This document shows positions 1 through 7,869 of a DNA stretch of 32,000 nt, piece by piece; position 1 is the stretch's first letter; every line of letters begins with the position of its first letter. This DNA comes from Candidatus Nanohalobium constans (GTDB lineage Archaea; Nanohalarchaeota; Nanosalinia; Nanosalinales; Nanosalinaceae). The notes under the pieces are model-generated. The model had not been told where the DNA came from. It worked only from the letters and a program-made list of their open reading frames with translations, and searched no databases. The translations under genes were made by a program, and so were the position numbers. The stretch spans positions 690,001 through 722,000 of the forward strand of contig NZ_CP040089.1 in NCBI RefSeq assembly GCF_009617975.1, in the 5' to 3' direction.

Positions 1-132
1 AGCTGCTTCCTCATCGTCTGGAAACTCTCCTTCTGGAGTTTCATCTTGCTCTTCTTCGTCTTCTTCCCATTCTTCCGGTACTTCGTAGTCGTCAATCTGT
101 CTTCGTGGAATATTTTGTGGAGCTTCTGACAT
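1..132 (-). CDS. hypothetical very acidic protein, N-terminal 44 codons only (gene runs off the left edge)
   Basis: The reverse complement of 1-132 starts with ATG (130-132). It reads MSEAPQNIPRRQIDDYEVPEEWEEDEEEQDETPEGEFPDDEEAA with no stop. It is absent from the ORF track because it is open-ended. Confidence 0.35.
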   Translation of the reverse strand, partial: MSEAPQNIPRRQIDDYEVPEEWEEDEEEQDETPEGEFPDDEEAA

Positions 133-285
133 ATTTTTTAGAACACCTAGTAAGATATAAAACCCGCCGCAAGTTTTAAATACCTTTTCACGATAAAGAC
201 TACTCTGCGGTGACAAAACAACTGTTTCGGTTTTTGTCGAATTGGAGCGAAGAAAATTTAATGTATTGGCAGACACCTAGTTATT

Positions 286-1350
286 ATGGATGAAGGTTTG
301 AGAGCAAAGAGGGAAACTCTTCTCGTTGTAAGCATACTAATACTAGGAAGCATGTTGATCGTATTTCCATTCCTTGATGCGATATTAATTGGTGCCGCTG
401 TCTCCTATATACTTTCCCAGGTGCATGACAAACTTAATCCTCATATTCAGAACGAATTTCTTTCCTCTACAATAATAATTTTCTCAGTGTTCGCTTTTGT
501 AGCCATAGGCTTGTACTTCTTCATCAACAACTTCTTCGAGATACTAGCACAGCTAAACCTATTCACAGGATCTCTAGAAGATAAAATCATAAGTGCTCTA
601 GAACCCCTTGATCTTCCTGAAACCTTCATTGAAAACATCAGACAGTATATCAATAATTTTTCACAGTCCATAAGTAGCATACTGATCGATTTATTTGCTT
701 CACTGCCTGCAATAATTATTGACCTAGGTATTTTCCTGGTAACCTCTACTTACCTGTACAAGGATAGAAGAAGGATATCAAGAGAGTTGGATAGGTTGCT
801 GAAGAGCCTTCCACCTACCGAGAAAAGAATTATCCAAAACCTGGTTAACTCGACAGAAAATATTTTTAAAGGAGTCTTCCTAACCCAGGCAATCGTAGCA
901 GTTATACTCGGAGCTATAATGGGGCTAGGTCTATGGCTTATATCAGCACTGACTACGCCAATACCTTTGATACCTTTATGGGCAATCCTGGTGGGAGTAG
1001 CATCATTACTCCCTCTTGTAGCTAACTTCATGATTTATGTTCCTCTCGGAGGATACTTCATGACAAGTGCCGGAGAACCTATCAAAGGAATGCTGGTCAT
1101 TACCTTTGGACTAATCTTCCTTCAGATTATGCCAGAAATATTTTTGCGTCCCTACATTGGTTCGAAGAGGCTTGATGAGCATCCTCTGATTGTTTTCCTG
1201 GGATTCTTGGCAGGACCGCTTGTTCTAGGATTTAAAGGGCTAATCCTTGGACCTGTTGTCCTGATCCTAACTAAAGAATTTGCTCTCAGCTTTTCGGATA
1301 TGATTTCCGATGTAGAGAGCGATGTCCACAGCGAGGACACGGAGGAGTAG
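286..1350 (+). CDS. AI-2E/PerM (UPF0118) family membrane permease
   Basis: 354 aa with hydrophobic spans throughout (LLVVSILILGSMLIVFPFLDAILIGAAV, IIIFSVFAFVAIGLYFFI, LPAIIIDLGIFLVTSTYL). The C-terminal stretch RPYIGSKRLDEHPLIVFLGFLAGPLVLGFKGLILGPVVL resembles the conserved AI-2E family region. The tail is acidic. Confidence 0.7.
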   Translation: MDEGLRAKRETLLVVSILILGSMLIVFPFLDAILIGAAVSYILSQVHDKLNPHIQNEFLSSTIIIFSVFAFVAIGLYFFINNFFEILAQLNLFTGSLEDKIISALEPLDLPETFIENIRQYINNFSQSISSILIDLFASLPAIIIDLGIFLVTSTYLYKDRRRISRELDRLLKSLPPTEKRIIQNLVNSTENIFKGVFLTQAIVAVILGAIMGLGLWLISALTTPIPLIPLWAILVGVASLLPLVANFMIYVPLGGYFMTSAGEPIKGMLVITFGLIFLQIMPEIFLRPYIGSKRLDEHPLIVFLGFLAGPLVLGFKGLILGPVVLILTKEFALSFSDMISDVESDVHSEDTEE

Positions 1351-1762
1351 AAATCTCGGCACCACAGTTACCGCATACACTCTTCCATTTCCTCTTCTCA
1401 TCTACTTTCTCAGTATTGAACGAATCAAACTCAGCCCCTAAATGCAGAGCCAGGTTTTGAAGAGCTTTATCATCCGTGATTAAGGGAACTTGATTATCTA
1501 TAGCTAATGCCAAGGCTTCCTCATCCTGTTCACTGGTCGGAGAGTTAATCTCATCAGATTTATCCCTTACAGAATCTAGAGAAGAATCAGAGGGATCCAT
1601 TACAGTTAGATCTAGTTTCTGCATCTTCATCTGAGCCATGTTTGACTTAACCTCGTGCTCTACACTAGGAGGGATCAAGGCAGAGTTGAAAGAGAACTGT
1701 CCTCTGCTATGGATAAGTACATTGGCATCTACGACTGCTTTCTTGAGGTTGGATGCGTTCAT
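1286..1762 (-). CDS. nob1: Nob1-like PIN-domain endonuclease with C-terminal zinc ribbon (16S rRNA 3' end maturation)
   Basis: N-terminal PIN-like elements (AVVDANVLIH ... PLITDDKALQNLA) are followed by a 4-Cys ribbon, CGNCG-x8-CPRCG. The size (~158 aa) and layout match archaeal Nob1. The 3' end overlaps the convergent permease ORF by 65 nt. Confidence 0.6.
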   Translation of the reverse strand: MNASNLKKAVVDANVLIHSRGQFSFNSALIPPSVEHEVKSNMAQMKMQKLDLTVMDPSDSSLDSVRDKSDEINSPTSEQDEEALALAIDNQVPLITDDKALQNLALHLGAEFDSFNTEKVDEKRKWKSVCGNCGAEISTPPCPRCGHRSLHRKSYPKS

Positions 1763-1763
1763 A

Positions 1764-1770
1764 TTTTAAA
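1764..1770 (+). promoter_or_regulatory. TATA-like box (TTTTAAA) upstream of the histone gene
   Basis: A/T box centred 27 nt before GTG 1794 and 36 nt before ATG 1803. Similar box-to-start spacings (about 27-30 nt) occur at several other genes here (2016-2021, 2460-2465, 4539-4546, 9535-9541, 24856-24863). Confidence 0.35.
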
Positions 1771-1802
1771 GTGTTAACCGATGTTTTAATTTTGTGATCA
1801 AA

Positions 1803-2000
1803 ATGAGCTTACCAAACGCACCTGTAGAACGGATTCTAAGAAACGCTGGAGCAGAAAGAGTATCAAAAGACGCAGTAGAAGAACTAAGAAACGCACTTGA
1901 AGACCTCGGAGAAGAAATCAGCCGAGACGCAATCCAGATGGCAGACCACGCAGAAAGAAACACAGTCAAAAAAGAAGACATCGACATGGCCACACAATAA
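1803..2000 (+). CDS. archaeal histone (HMf/HMfB-type histone fold)
   Basis: MSLPNAPVERILRNAGAERVSKDAVEELRNALEDLGEEISRDAIQMADHAERNTVKKEDIDMA aligns along its full length with HMf-type histones (M-x-LP-x-AP-x-RI-x-x-AGAERVS ... H-x-x-R-x-T-[IV]-K-x-EDI). The ORF opens at GTG 1794, and homology favours ATG 1803. Confidence 0.9.
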   Translation: MSLPNAPVERILRNAGAERVSKDAVEELRNALEDLGEEISRDAIQMADHAERNTVKKEDIDMATQ

Positions 2001-2015
2001 GGCCATCATGTCTTC

Positions 2016-2021
2016 TTAAAT
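2016..2021 (+). promoter_or_regulatory. TATA-like box (TTAAAT) upstream of aIF5A
   Basis: Centred about 28 nt before ATG 2047 with no Shine-Dalgarno between. This fits a leaderless transcript. Confidence 0.35.
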
Positions 2022-2046
2022 CCATACTAACAGAGTTGATTTCTAA

Positions 2047-2430
2047 ATGCCAACACAGATGGAAGCAAGCGACGCATCAGAAGGAACATACCTAATGATC
2101 GACGGAGAACCATGCGAAGTTAGAAGTATTTCAATGTCTTCTCCAGGTAAGCACGGAAGTGCTAAAGCCAAGATCAAAGCAAGAGGCGTATTCGACGACA
2201 AAGACCGACACATCACAAAGCCCGGCGACACAATGATGATGAGCCCCGATGTCGACAAAAAAATCGGACAAGTCGTCTCACGCGACGGAAACATCGCACA
2301 AGTCATGGACATGGACACATACGAAACAGACGAAATGGAACTCCCAGACGACCTCACAGCAGGAGAAGGAGACGAAATAGAATACTGGGTCATCGACGAC
2401 AGAAAACTCGTCAAAGGTCTCAACAAATAA
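2047..2430 (+). CDS. eif5a: translation initiation factor 5A (aIF5A)
   Basis: 127 aa. SSPGKHGSAKAKIKARGVF contains the GKHG hypusination-site motif. An SH3-like N-domain is followed by an OB-like C-domain, the typical size and layout. Confidence 0.9.
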   Translation: MPTQMEASDASEGTYLMIDGEPCEVRSISMSSPGKHGSAKAKIKARGVFDDKDRHITKPGDTMMMSPDVDKKIGQVVSRDGNIAQVMDMDTYETDEMELPDDLTAGEGDEIEYWVIDDRKLVKGLNK

Positions 2431-2459
2431 TCTCTTCCTACATTTTCCTATCCCTTGTT

Positions 2460-2465
2460 TTTATA
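2460..2465 (+). promoter_or_regulatory. TATA-like box (TTTATA) upstream of the CCA-adding enzyme gene
   Basis: Centred about 30 nt before ATG 2493, with no SD motif. Confidence 0.3.
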
Positions 2466-2492
2466 CGGTTCTCAACCTTAACTCAAACATAT

Positions 2493-3839
2493 ATGAACTG
2501 GAAAAGACTTCGTGAAAAAATACTTGAGGAAGTATATCCTGAAAGTAAAGAACTTGAAGAAGCAGAAGAACTGTACCAGAATATTTCCAATTTTATTCTA
2601 GAGGAATTCGGTTTGGAGACTCATTTTGCTGGCTCTTCTGGTCGAGGTACCTGTATGACTGGCGACAAGGATATCGATGTGTTCGTTCTCTTCCCAAAAA
2701 ATACTGATAGGCGGGAGTTAGAAGAGAAAGGCTTGACAGTAGGTAAGAAAGTTTTCAAGGAATTTAATGGAGAATTCGAAGTTGACTACGCCGAGCATCC
2801 ATACACAAAAGGTGAGATTAACGAGCATGAAGTCGAGATTGTTCCCTGTTTCGATGTTGAACCAGAGAATATCCGTTCTGCAGTAGATAGAAGCCCCCAT
2901 CATTCCAGATGGGTCAGGGAAAATATTGACGACGAACTGAGGAAGGATGCTGTAATCCTGAAGAAGTTTCTGAAATCTAACGGATTATATGGATCTTCTC
3001 TGAAAGTTGAGGGCTTCTCCGGTTATCTATGTGAAAACTTGATAATTGAATACGGCGGTTTTCGGGAGGTAGTTGAGTCAGCTCAGAACTGGGAGCGAGA
3101 AAAGATGTTCGATCCTGAGGGACATCATGAAGAGTTACCTGAGGAGTTGGAAAACAAGTTCTCTGAGGACTCTCTGATTTTGATTGATCCTGTGGATCCA
3201 GAGAGGAATGTTGCCTCGGTTCTCAGTGAGGAGAACTATGCCCGGTTTGTACATCTCTGCTGGGAGTTCAGTGAGGATCCTGGTCTAGATTTCTTTGAAG
3301 AAGATGAGTACGAGTATACAGAGTTCGAACTGAAGAAGGAGGTTGAGGGTCGTGGCGACTTTATCGTTGTAGATTTTGAACGCCCTAAAGAAGTTGACGA
3401 CCTTGTCTACCCACAGATGAGAAAATTGATGAGTCTGCTGACCCAGAAACTGGAGAAAAACGACTTCAGAATCTATGAACAAGGGTTTCATTCATGGAAC
3501 GGAAAACTAAGACTCTTCTTTGAGCTAGATGAAGAACTACCTAAAGTTGAGGAGTTGAAAGGCCCTCAGGTTTTCCACAATGCTAAGCATCTACGGCAGT
3601 TCACTCAGAAGTACGATAATACTTTTGTTCAGGATGATCGTTTGGTTGCGAAGACTGAGCGCGAGTATACTAGTGCTCGAGAGTTTTTGAAGGATTTCTT
3701 CAATCAGGACTCCCAGGAGTTGAAGGAGTCCGGTGTCCCGGATCATTTGGCTGATTGTATGGATGAGTTGAGTTTTGTGGATCCTCTTTCCGGAGAGGAG
3801 GAATGGTTAAATTACTTGGCTGAGAAGTTGCGTGTATGA
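2493..3839 (+). CDS. cca: CCA-adding enzyme (class I archaeal tRNA nucleotidyltransferase)
   Basis: 448 aa. The class-I nucleotidyltransferase motif GSSGRGTCMTGDKDIDVFVLF is followed by HPYTKGEINEHEVEIVPCF and RSPHHSRWV, as in archaeal CCA enzymes. Confidence 0.85.
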   Translation: MNWKRLREKILEEVYPESKELEEAEELYQNISNFILEEFGLETHFAGSSGRGTCMTGDKDIDVFVLFPKNTDRRELEEKGLTVGKKVFKEFNGEFEVDYAEHPYTKGEINEHEVEIVPCFDVEPENIRSAVDRSPHHSRWVRENIDDELRKDAVILKKFLKSNGLYGSSLKVEGFSGYLCENLIIEYGGFREVVESAQNWEREKMFDPEGHHEELPEELENKFSEDSLILIDPVDPERNVASVLSEENYARFVHLCWEFSEDPGLDFFEEDEYEYTEFELKKEVEGRGDFIVVDFERPKEVDDLVYPQMRKLMSLLTQKLEKNDFRIYEQGFHSWNGKLRLFFELDEELPKVEELKGPQVFHNAKHLRQFTQKYDNTFVQDDRLVAKTEREYTSAREFLKDFFNQDSQELKESGVPDHLADCMDELSFVDPLSGEEEWLNYLAEKLRV

Positions 3840-4414
3840 GCGAATACAGTGTTAACATTGTTGTAGGTCTTTCAGGCGTAGGAAAAGGAACAGTACTAGA
3901 AGAAGCAATGATGCTCGCAGATGAAGACTACAAAGTCGTAAACTATGGAGACAGAATGTTTGAAACCGCCAAAGAGCAAGGACTTGCAGATCACAGAGAC
4001 GAAATGAAGAACATCGATACTGATACTTACAAAGAGATTCAAGCTGATGCTGCTGAATCAATTGCAGAGGACGCAGAAGACCAGAATATTATTGTAGAGA
4101 CACATGCAGCGATCAAATCACCTTATGGTTACATCCCCGGACTACCGAAGTGGGTTGCTGAAGGACTGGATCCTTCCAAGATCATAATGCTGGACGCAAG
4201 TTCTGAAGCAATTTACCAGAGAAGCCAGGAAGCAGACAGAGACAGAGACACGGAAAAAGCCGGTATCGAAGGCATCACAGAGTATAGAGAAACAGCAAAA
4301 CAGATGGCATCAGCAGTATCAATCCTGACAGGCGCCTACTTCCAGATAATCGAGAACAAAGACGGTCAAGCAGAGAAAGCTGCAGAAGAGCTTGTTGAGA
4401 CCCTTCAAGGCTGA
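3836..4414 (+). CDS. adkA: adenylate kinase, archaeal type (AdkA)
   Basis: 192 aa. P-loop VVGLSGVGKGTVL. The protein is collinear with methanogen AdkA (VNYGDRMFE ... HRDEMKN ... VETHAAIKSPYGYIPGLPKWV ... ENKDGQAEKAAEELVETL). The start overlaps the cca stop (ATGA, 3836-3839). Confidence 0.85.
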   Translation: MSEYSVNIVVGLSGVGKGTVLEEAMMLADEDYKVVNYGDRMFETAKEQGLADHRDEMKNIDTDTYKEIQADAAESIAEDAEDQNIIVETHAAIKSPYGYIPGLPKWVAEGLDPSKIIMLDASSEAIYQRSQEADRDRDTEKAGIEGITEYRETAKQMASAVSILTGAYFQIIENKDGQAEKAAEELVETLQG

Positions 4415-4538
4415 ATAAACATCTTAAATCTTTTTCTTATCTTTAGCAATTTTAACCGTTCACCACAGTTCTTTGTCTCTTATTGATGACAACAATTCTG
4501 CTTTGAGTTGTCTAAACGGCGCTGAGCGTTGCGTTATG

Positions 4539-4546
4539 TTAATAAA
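4539..4546 (+). promoter_or_regulatory. TATA-like box (TTAATAAA) upstream of ORF 4569
   Basis: Centred about 27 nt before ATG 4569. Confidence 0.3.
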
Positions 4547-4568
4547 GGTTTATACCAGTTTTTGAATT

Positions 4569-4850
4569 ATGGCGAGCCTCTGGGACCTCGGAAAGAGCAA
4601 GAAGGAGAAGCTCGCTGATGAATGGGAAGAGGAAGGAGTTCTTGAAGACAAAGTAGAAAAACATAGAGAGAAATTCGAGAAGCGATTCCAAAAAAACATG
4701 AATGATGATGTTCCTACCCACCCATACAAGCTTTACAGAGAGATAGTAGAAAATAACGAACTAAGCGAAGAGGAAAAGATTGCTTTGGAGCACATGAAAG
4801 ACGAGTTCTCCGAGCAATGGCAAACCCTCAAAGCAACACACTCCAACTAA
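4569..4850 (+). CDS. hypothetical small charged helical protein
   Basis: 93-aa ORF with E/K-rich composition like its neighbours and a promoter-like box at the right distance. I recognise no family. Confidence 0.5.
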   Translation: MASLWDLGKSKKEKLADEWEEEGVLEDKVEKHREKFEKRFQKNMNDDVPTHPYKLYREIVENNELSEEEKIALEHMKDEFSEQWQTLKATHSN

Positions 4851-4955
4851 AGACCAATTCATCAGCAAGCACAGCTCCTTGGGGAGGGGGCTCTCAAAAC
4901 ACTTCACACTTTTTTACCCTTTCTCTCTTTATTTTACCATCCAAATCTAGTACAC

Positions 4956-5351
4956 ATGAACATGAGACTGCATATTACCTACTGCTCTAAAGACAAGAAA
5001 ACAGGGAAAGGAGAAATACCTGCAATAGAAAGATACGACTCCAGCAGGATAAGAGAAGTAAAGGAACTCGCAGATAGAAAAGAGAAAGACTTCGCAATCC
5101 TATCTGGCAAATATGGTCTCATACCATCTGAAAAACCTATACCAGAGTACGACAAGCTTCTTAGGAAAGAAGATATTGAAAGACTGCTGCCAGAAGTCAA
5201 AAAATTCCTGAAAATGAAGAAACCGGAAAAAGTAATCTACCACACTAAGAAAGTTGAAGGAAAGAGAAAACCCTACTTCGAATTAATCAAAGAATCCTGT
5301 AAAGTCGAGGAAACAGATTTTGAAAAGAGAATAATCAGTCAAGATACTTGA
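4956..5351 (+). CDS. hypothetical Lys-rich (basic) small protein
   Basis: 131 aa. The pattern ITYCSKDK ... PAIERYDSSRI ... FAILSGKYGLIPSEKPIPEYDKLL resembles a conserved uncharacterised family that I recall as DUF6884-like. That assignment is not verified. The 3' end overlaps convergent elp3 by 17 nt. Confidence 0.5.
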   Translation: MNMRLHITYCSKDKKTGKGEIPAIERYDSSRIREVKELADRKEKDFAILSGKYGLIPSEKPIPEYDKLLRKEDIERLLPEVKKFLKMKKPEKVIYHTKKVEGKRKPYFELIKESCKVEETDFEKRIISQDT

Positions 5352-6918
5352 CCATGTAAGGACCTTCCTTCTCATAACCAAACTTCCTGTAGTACTCTCT
5401 GGTTCCTACGGCTGAGATAACAACTACCTTATCCCTTCCAAGTTCTCTGGCTTTCTCTTCTGCACTTTCCATCAACCTCGTTCCGTAGCCTTTGTGCTGG
5501 ACATCTCCTTCTGAACCTATATCGGTTGCTGACCCCATTACCTTTAGTTGTCTGACTATTAATGTATCATCGTTGATTTCTTCCCTGAATGATTCAGACG
5601 GTGCTCGGAGACGAGTAAATCCTAGGATAATATCTGCTTCAGTATCTTCAAAGCTCTGGAAGTACTCATGTCCTCCAGATGCTTCATAGTCTCTTTCAAT
5701 CAATTCAATATTCTCTTCATGCGGTTCTAGATCATGAGTCCTCTTGACATGCCCTACTTCCCTACATCTAATGCAGCTGCACCTCTCTCCTTCTTCATGA
5801 AGTTCCTGTAGAGCCATCTGCCGCATATTAGTCAACTGTGGACCAGCATCGACCTCTGTACTTGGAATATCACGCATCACTCTTTTGACTCGTACATGCG
5901 GAGGAATAATATCTTTCTGCGCCTTCTTCAACCTTTCCTTTGCTTCTTCGTCATCTATCGGGTCAAAGTCTCCTTCCTCATACTGACGGTAGAGCTCTGT
6001 TCCCTGAATCACTTCACAAGGATAGATTTTCACTTCGTCAGGCTGAAGATCAGAGTCAGAGAAAGTCTTCCTGAACTTCTCAATATCTTCCTCATAGCCT
6101 TCTCCAGGAAGCCCCAGCATCAAGTGGTATGCTACCTTGAAACCAGCGTTTTTCAGGCGCTTTGTAGCCTCGATGACTTTATCCATGCCGTGTCCACGGT
6201 TAGTGATTTCATGAGTCTCATCGAAGACTGTCTGGACTCCCATCTCCGTCCGGGTTCCTCCCAGCTCCAGTATCCTGTCAATATGCTCTGTCTCACAAAT
6301 ATCCGGACGAGTCTCAAATGTTACGCCGACATTTCTGATCTCAGCTGTTTCATTAATCTTCTTAGCTTCATCTAAAGTATCTACTTTTTCATTATTCTCC
6401 CTGTAAGTATTGAAGCCATTGAATGCTTCCTTCAGAAACTCTTTCTGGTATTCTGGATCCTGGAATGGGAAGGTTCCTCCCATGATTATTAGCTTGGATT
6501 TGTCGATGCTATGACCATTTTTCTCGTACTGTCCAAGCCTGTCGTGGACCTGGTCGTAGGGGTCGTACTCGTTTCTGATCGCTCTCCTAGTCGCTGGTTC
6601 TTTACCTGTATAGCTCTGTGGCGCATCCTTTCCTTTAGGACAGTAAATGCAGCCTCCGCCACAGGGTGCCGGTCTTGCCATGATAGCTATGTTGGCGATG
6701 CCGGAGATTGTTCGCATCGGTTTGGTTTTCAAAGTCTTCTTGGCTTGTTTTTCGTCTTCTTCAGCAAATTTAAGTATATCACTGTTTTTTGGCATTCCGT
6801 TAAAGCCTAGTTCGCTACAGAAGTTCTTCTTCAACTTTTCTACTTCCTGCTTGTCTTCTATGTTTTCTTCCTCTATCTTTTCTATGACTTTTCGGGACAG
6901 GGTTTTCAGGTCAGACAT
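5335..6918 (-). CDS. elp3: Elp3-type tRNA U34 carboxymethyl-modifying enzyme (radical SAM + GNAT acetyltransferase)
   Basis: 527 aa. Radical-SAM Cys cluster in MARPAPCGGGCIYCPKG. The central radical-SAM barrel is followed by a C-terminal GNAT region (VQHKGYGTRLMESAEEKARELG). Confidence 0.9.
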   Translation of the reverse strand: MSDLKTLSRKVIEKIEEENIEDKQEVEKLKKNFCSELGFNGMPKNSDILKFAEEDEKQAKKTLKTKPMRTISGIANIAIMARPAPCGGGCIYCPKGKDAPQSYTGKEPATRRAIRNEYDPYDQVHDRLGQYEKNGHSIDKSKLIIMGGTFPFQDPEYQKEFLKEAFNGFNTYRENNEKVDTLDEAKKINETAEIRNVGVTFETRPDICETEHIDRILELGGTRTEMGVQTVFDETHEITNRGHGMDKVIEATKRLKNAGFKVAYHLMLGLPGEGYEEDIEKFRKTFSDSDLQPDEVKIYPCEVIQGTELYRQYEEGDFDPIDDEEAKERLKKAQKDIIPPHVRVKRVMRDIPSTEVDAGPQLTNMRQMALQELHEEGERCSCIRCREVGHVKRTHDLEPHEENIELIERDYEASGGHEYFQSFEDTEADIILGFTRLRAPSESFREEINDDTLIVRQLKVMGSATDIGSEGDVQHKGYGTRLMESAEEKARELGRDKVVVISAVGTREYYRKFGYEKEGPYMVKYLD

Positions 6919-6973
6919 GTGTGTTGAAGTGTAAGGTGAGAGTTAAAAACGGAGCCCGAACCAAGTAATATTT

Positions 6974-7825
6974 ATGAAGAAACTAGTTTTAGCATCGGTA
7001 TTGCTGCTTTTATCAGCGGGAGCCTCAGGATTTAGCTTTGGACAAAACAGTGGAAAAGCTGCTTTGATAGATCTTTCAGGTACGATATCTTCTTCTAGCG
7101 GCGGAGCATTCTCTACCTCAGGGATAACACCAAGTAATGTCAGAGAATTAAATGATCAAGCGGTTAATCAAGGTGCTGACGCAGTAATCTACGAGATCAA
7201 CTCTGGAGGCGGTGCAATAGTTGCCTCAAAAGAAGTTTACCGTGATATTGAGGATGTGGAAGTTCCAACAGTTTGTCGGATGAGGGATGTCGCAGCTTCA
7301 GGAGGATACATGATCAGCCTAGGCTGCGATAAAGTTGTCGCGGACTCTGCGTCACTTACCGGGAGCATCGGAGTCAGGAGCTCTTACCTAGAATACTCAG
7401 GGCTTCTGGACAAACTAGGAGTCGAGTATGTGAACATTTCTAAAGGAGGTCTAAAAGGAGTAGCCAGCCCGTACAAAAATATTTCCGACGAAGAACGGAG
7501 GGTCTTGCAGAGCCAGGTTGACACATTGCACGAGAACTTCGTTAAACAGGTAGAATCTGAGAGAAACCTGTCACAAAACTCAACTGAAGAAGTTTCAACC
7601 TCACAGCCATTCCTAGGTGAGAAAGCAGAGGAACTGGAACTTGTCGATGAGTTAGGAGGTCGTGATACAGCAGTAACCGCTGCTGAAAACCTTACAGGAA
7701 AAAACATGACCACTTTTGAAGTTAAGAGTGAAACGAGCTTCTCCCTACTATCATTGTTCAGTTCGGAGCTGAGTCTTGGAGACCTGTTTAAAAGCAGTTC
7801 TCCATTGAAAGCTTCAATATTTTAG
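6974..7825 (+). CDS. sppA: signal peptide peptidase SppA (S49 family, 36K type)
   Basis: N-terminal signal/TM segment MKKLVLASVLLLLSAGASG. S49 motifs AASGGYMISLGCDKVVADSASLTGSIGV and NISKGGLKGVASPY. Confidence 0.8.
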   Translation: MKKLVLASVLLLLSAGASGFSFGQNSGKAALIDLSGTISSSSGGAFSTSGITPSNVRELNDQAVNQGADAVIYEINSGGGAIVASKEVYRDIEDVEVPTVCRMRDVAASGGYMISLGCDKVVADSASLTGSIGVRSSYLEYSGLLDKLGVEYVNISKGGLKGVASPYKNISDEERRVLQSQVDTLHENFVKQVESERNLSQNSTEEVSTSQPFLGEKAEELELVDELGGRDTAVTAAENLTGKNMTTFEVKSETSFSLLSLFSSELSLGDLFKSSSPLKASIF

Positions 7826-7869
7826 AATAGAAGTAAAATTGAAAAAGGGAAGACAGTTTAGCAAAGTTT

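Noticed and set aside
5896-6375. 159-aa plus-strand ORF (also 5492-5689, 6511-6934)
   Set aside because: They are antisense within elp3, whose radical-SAM and GNAT motifs are unambiguous, and they have no motifs of their own.
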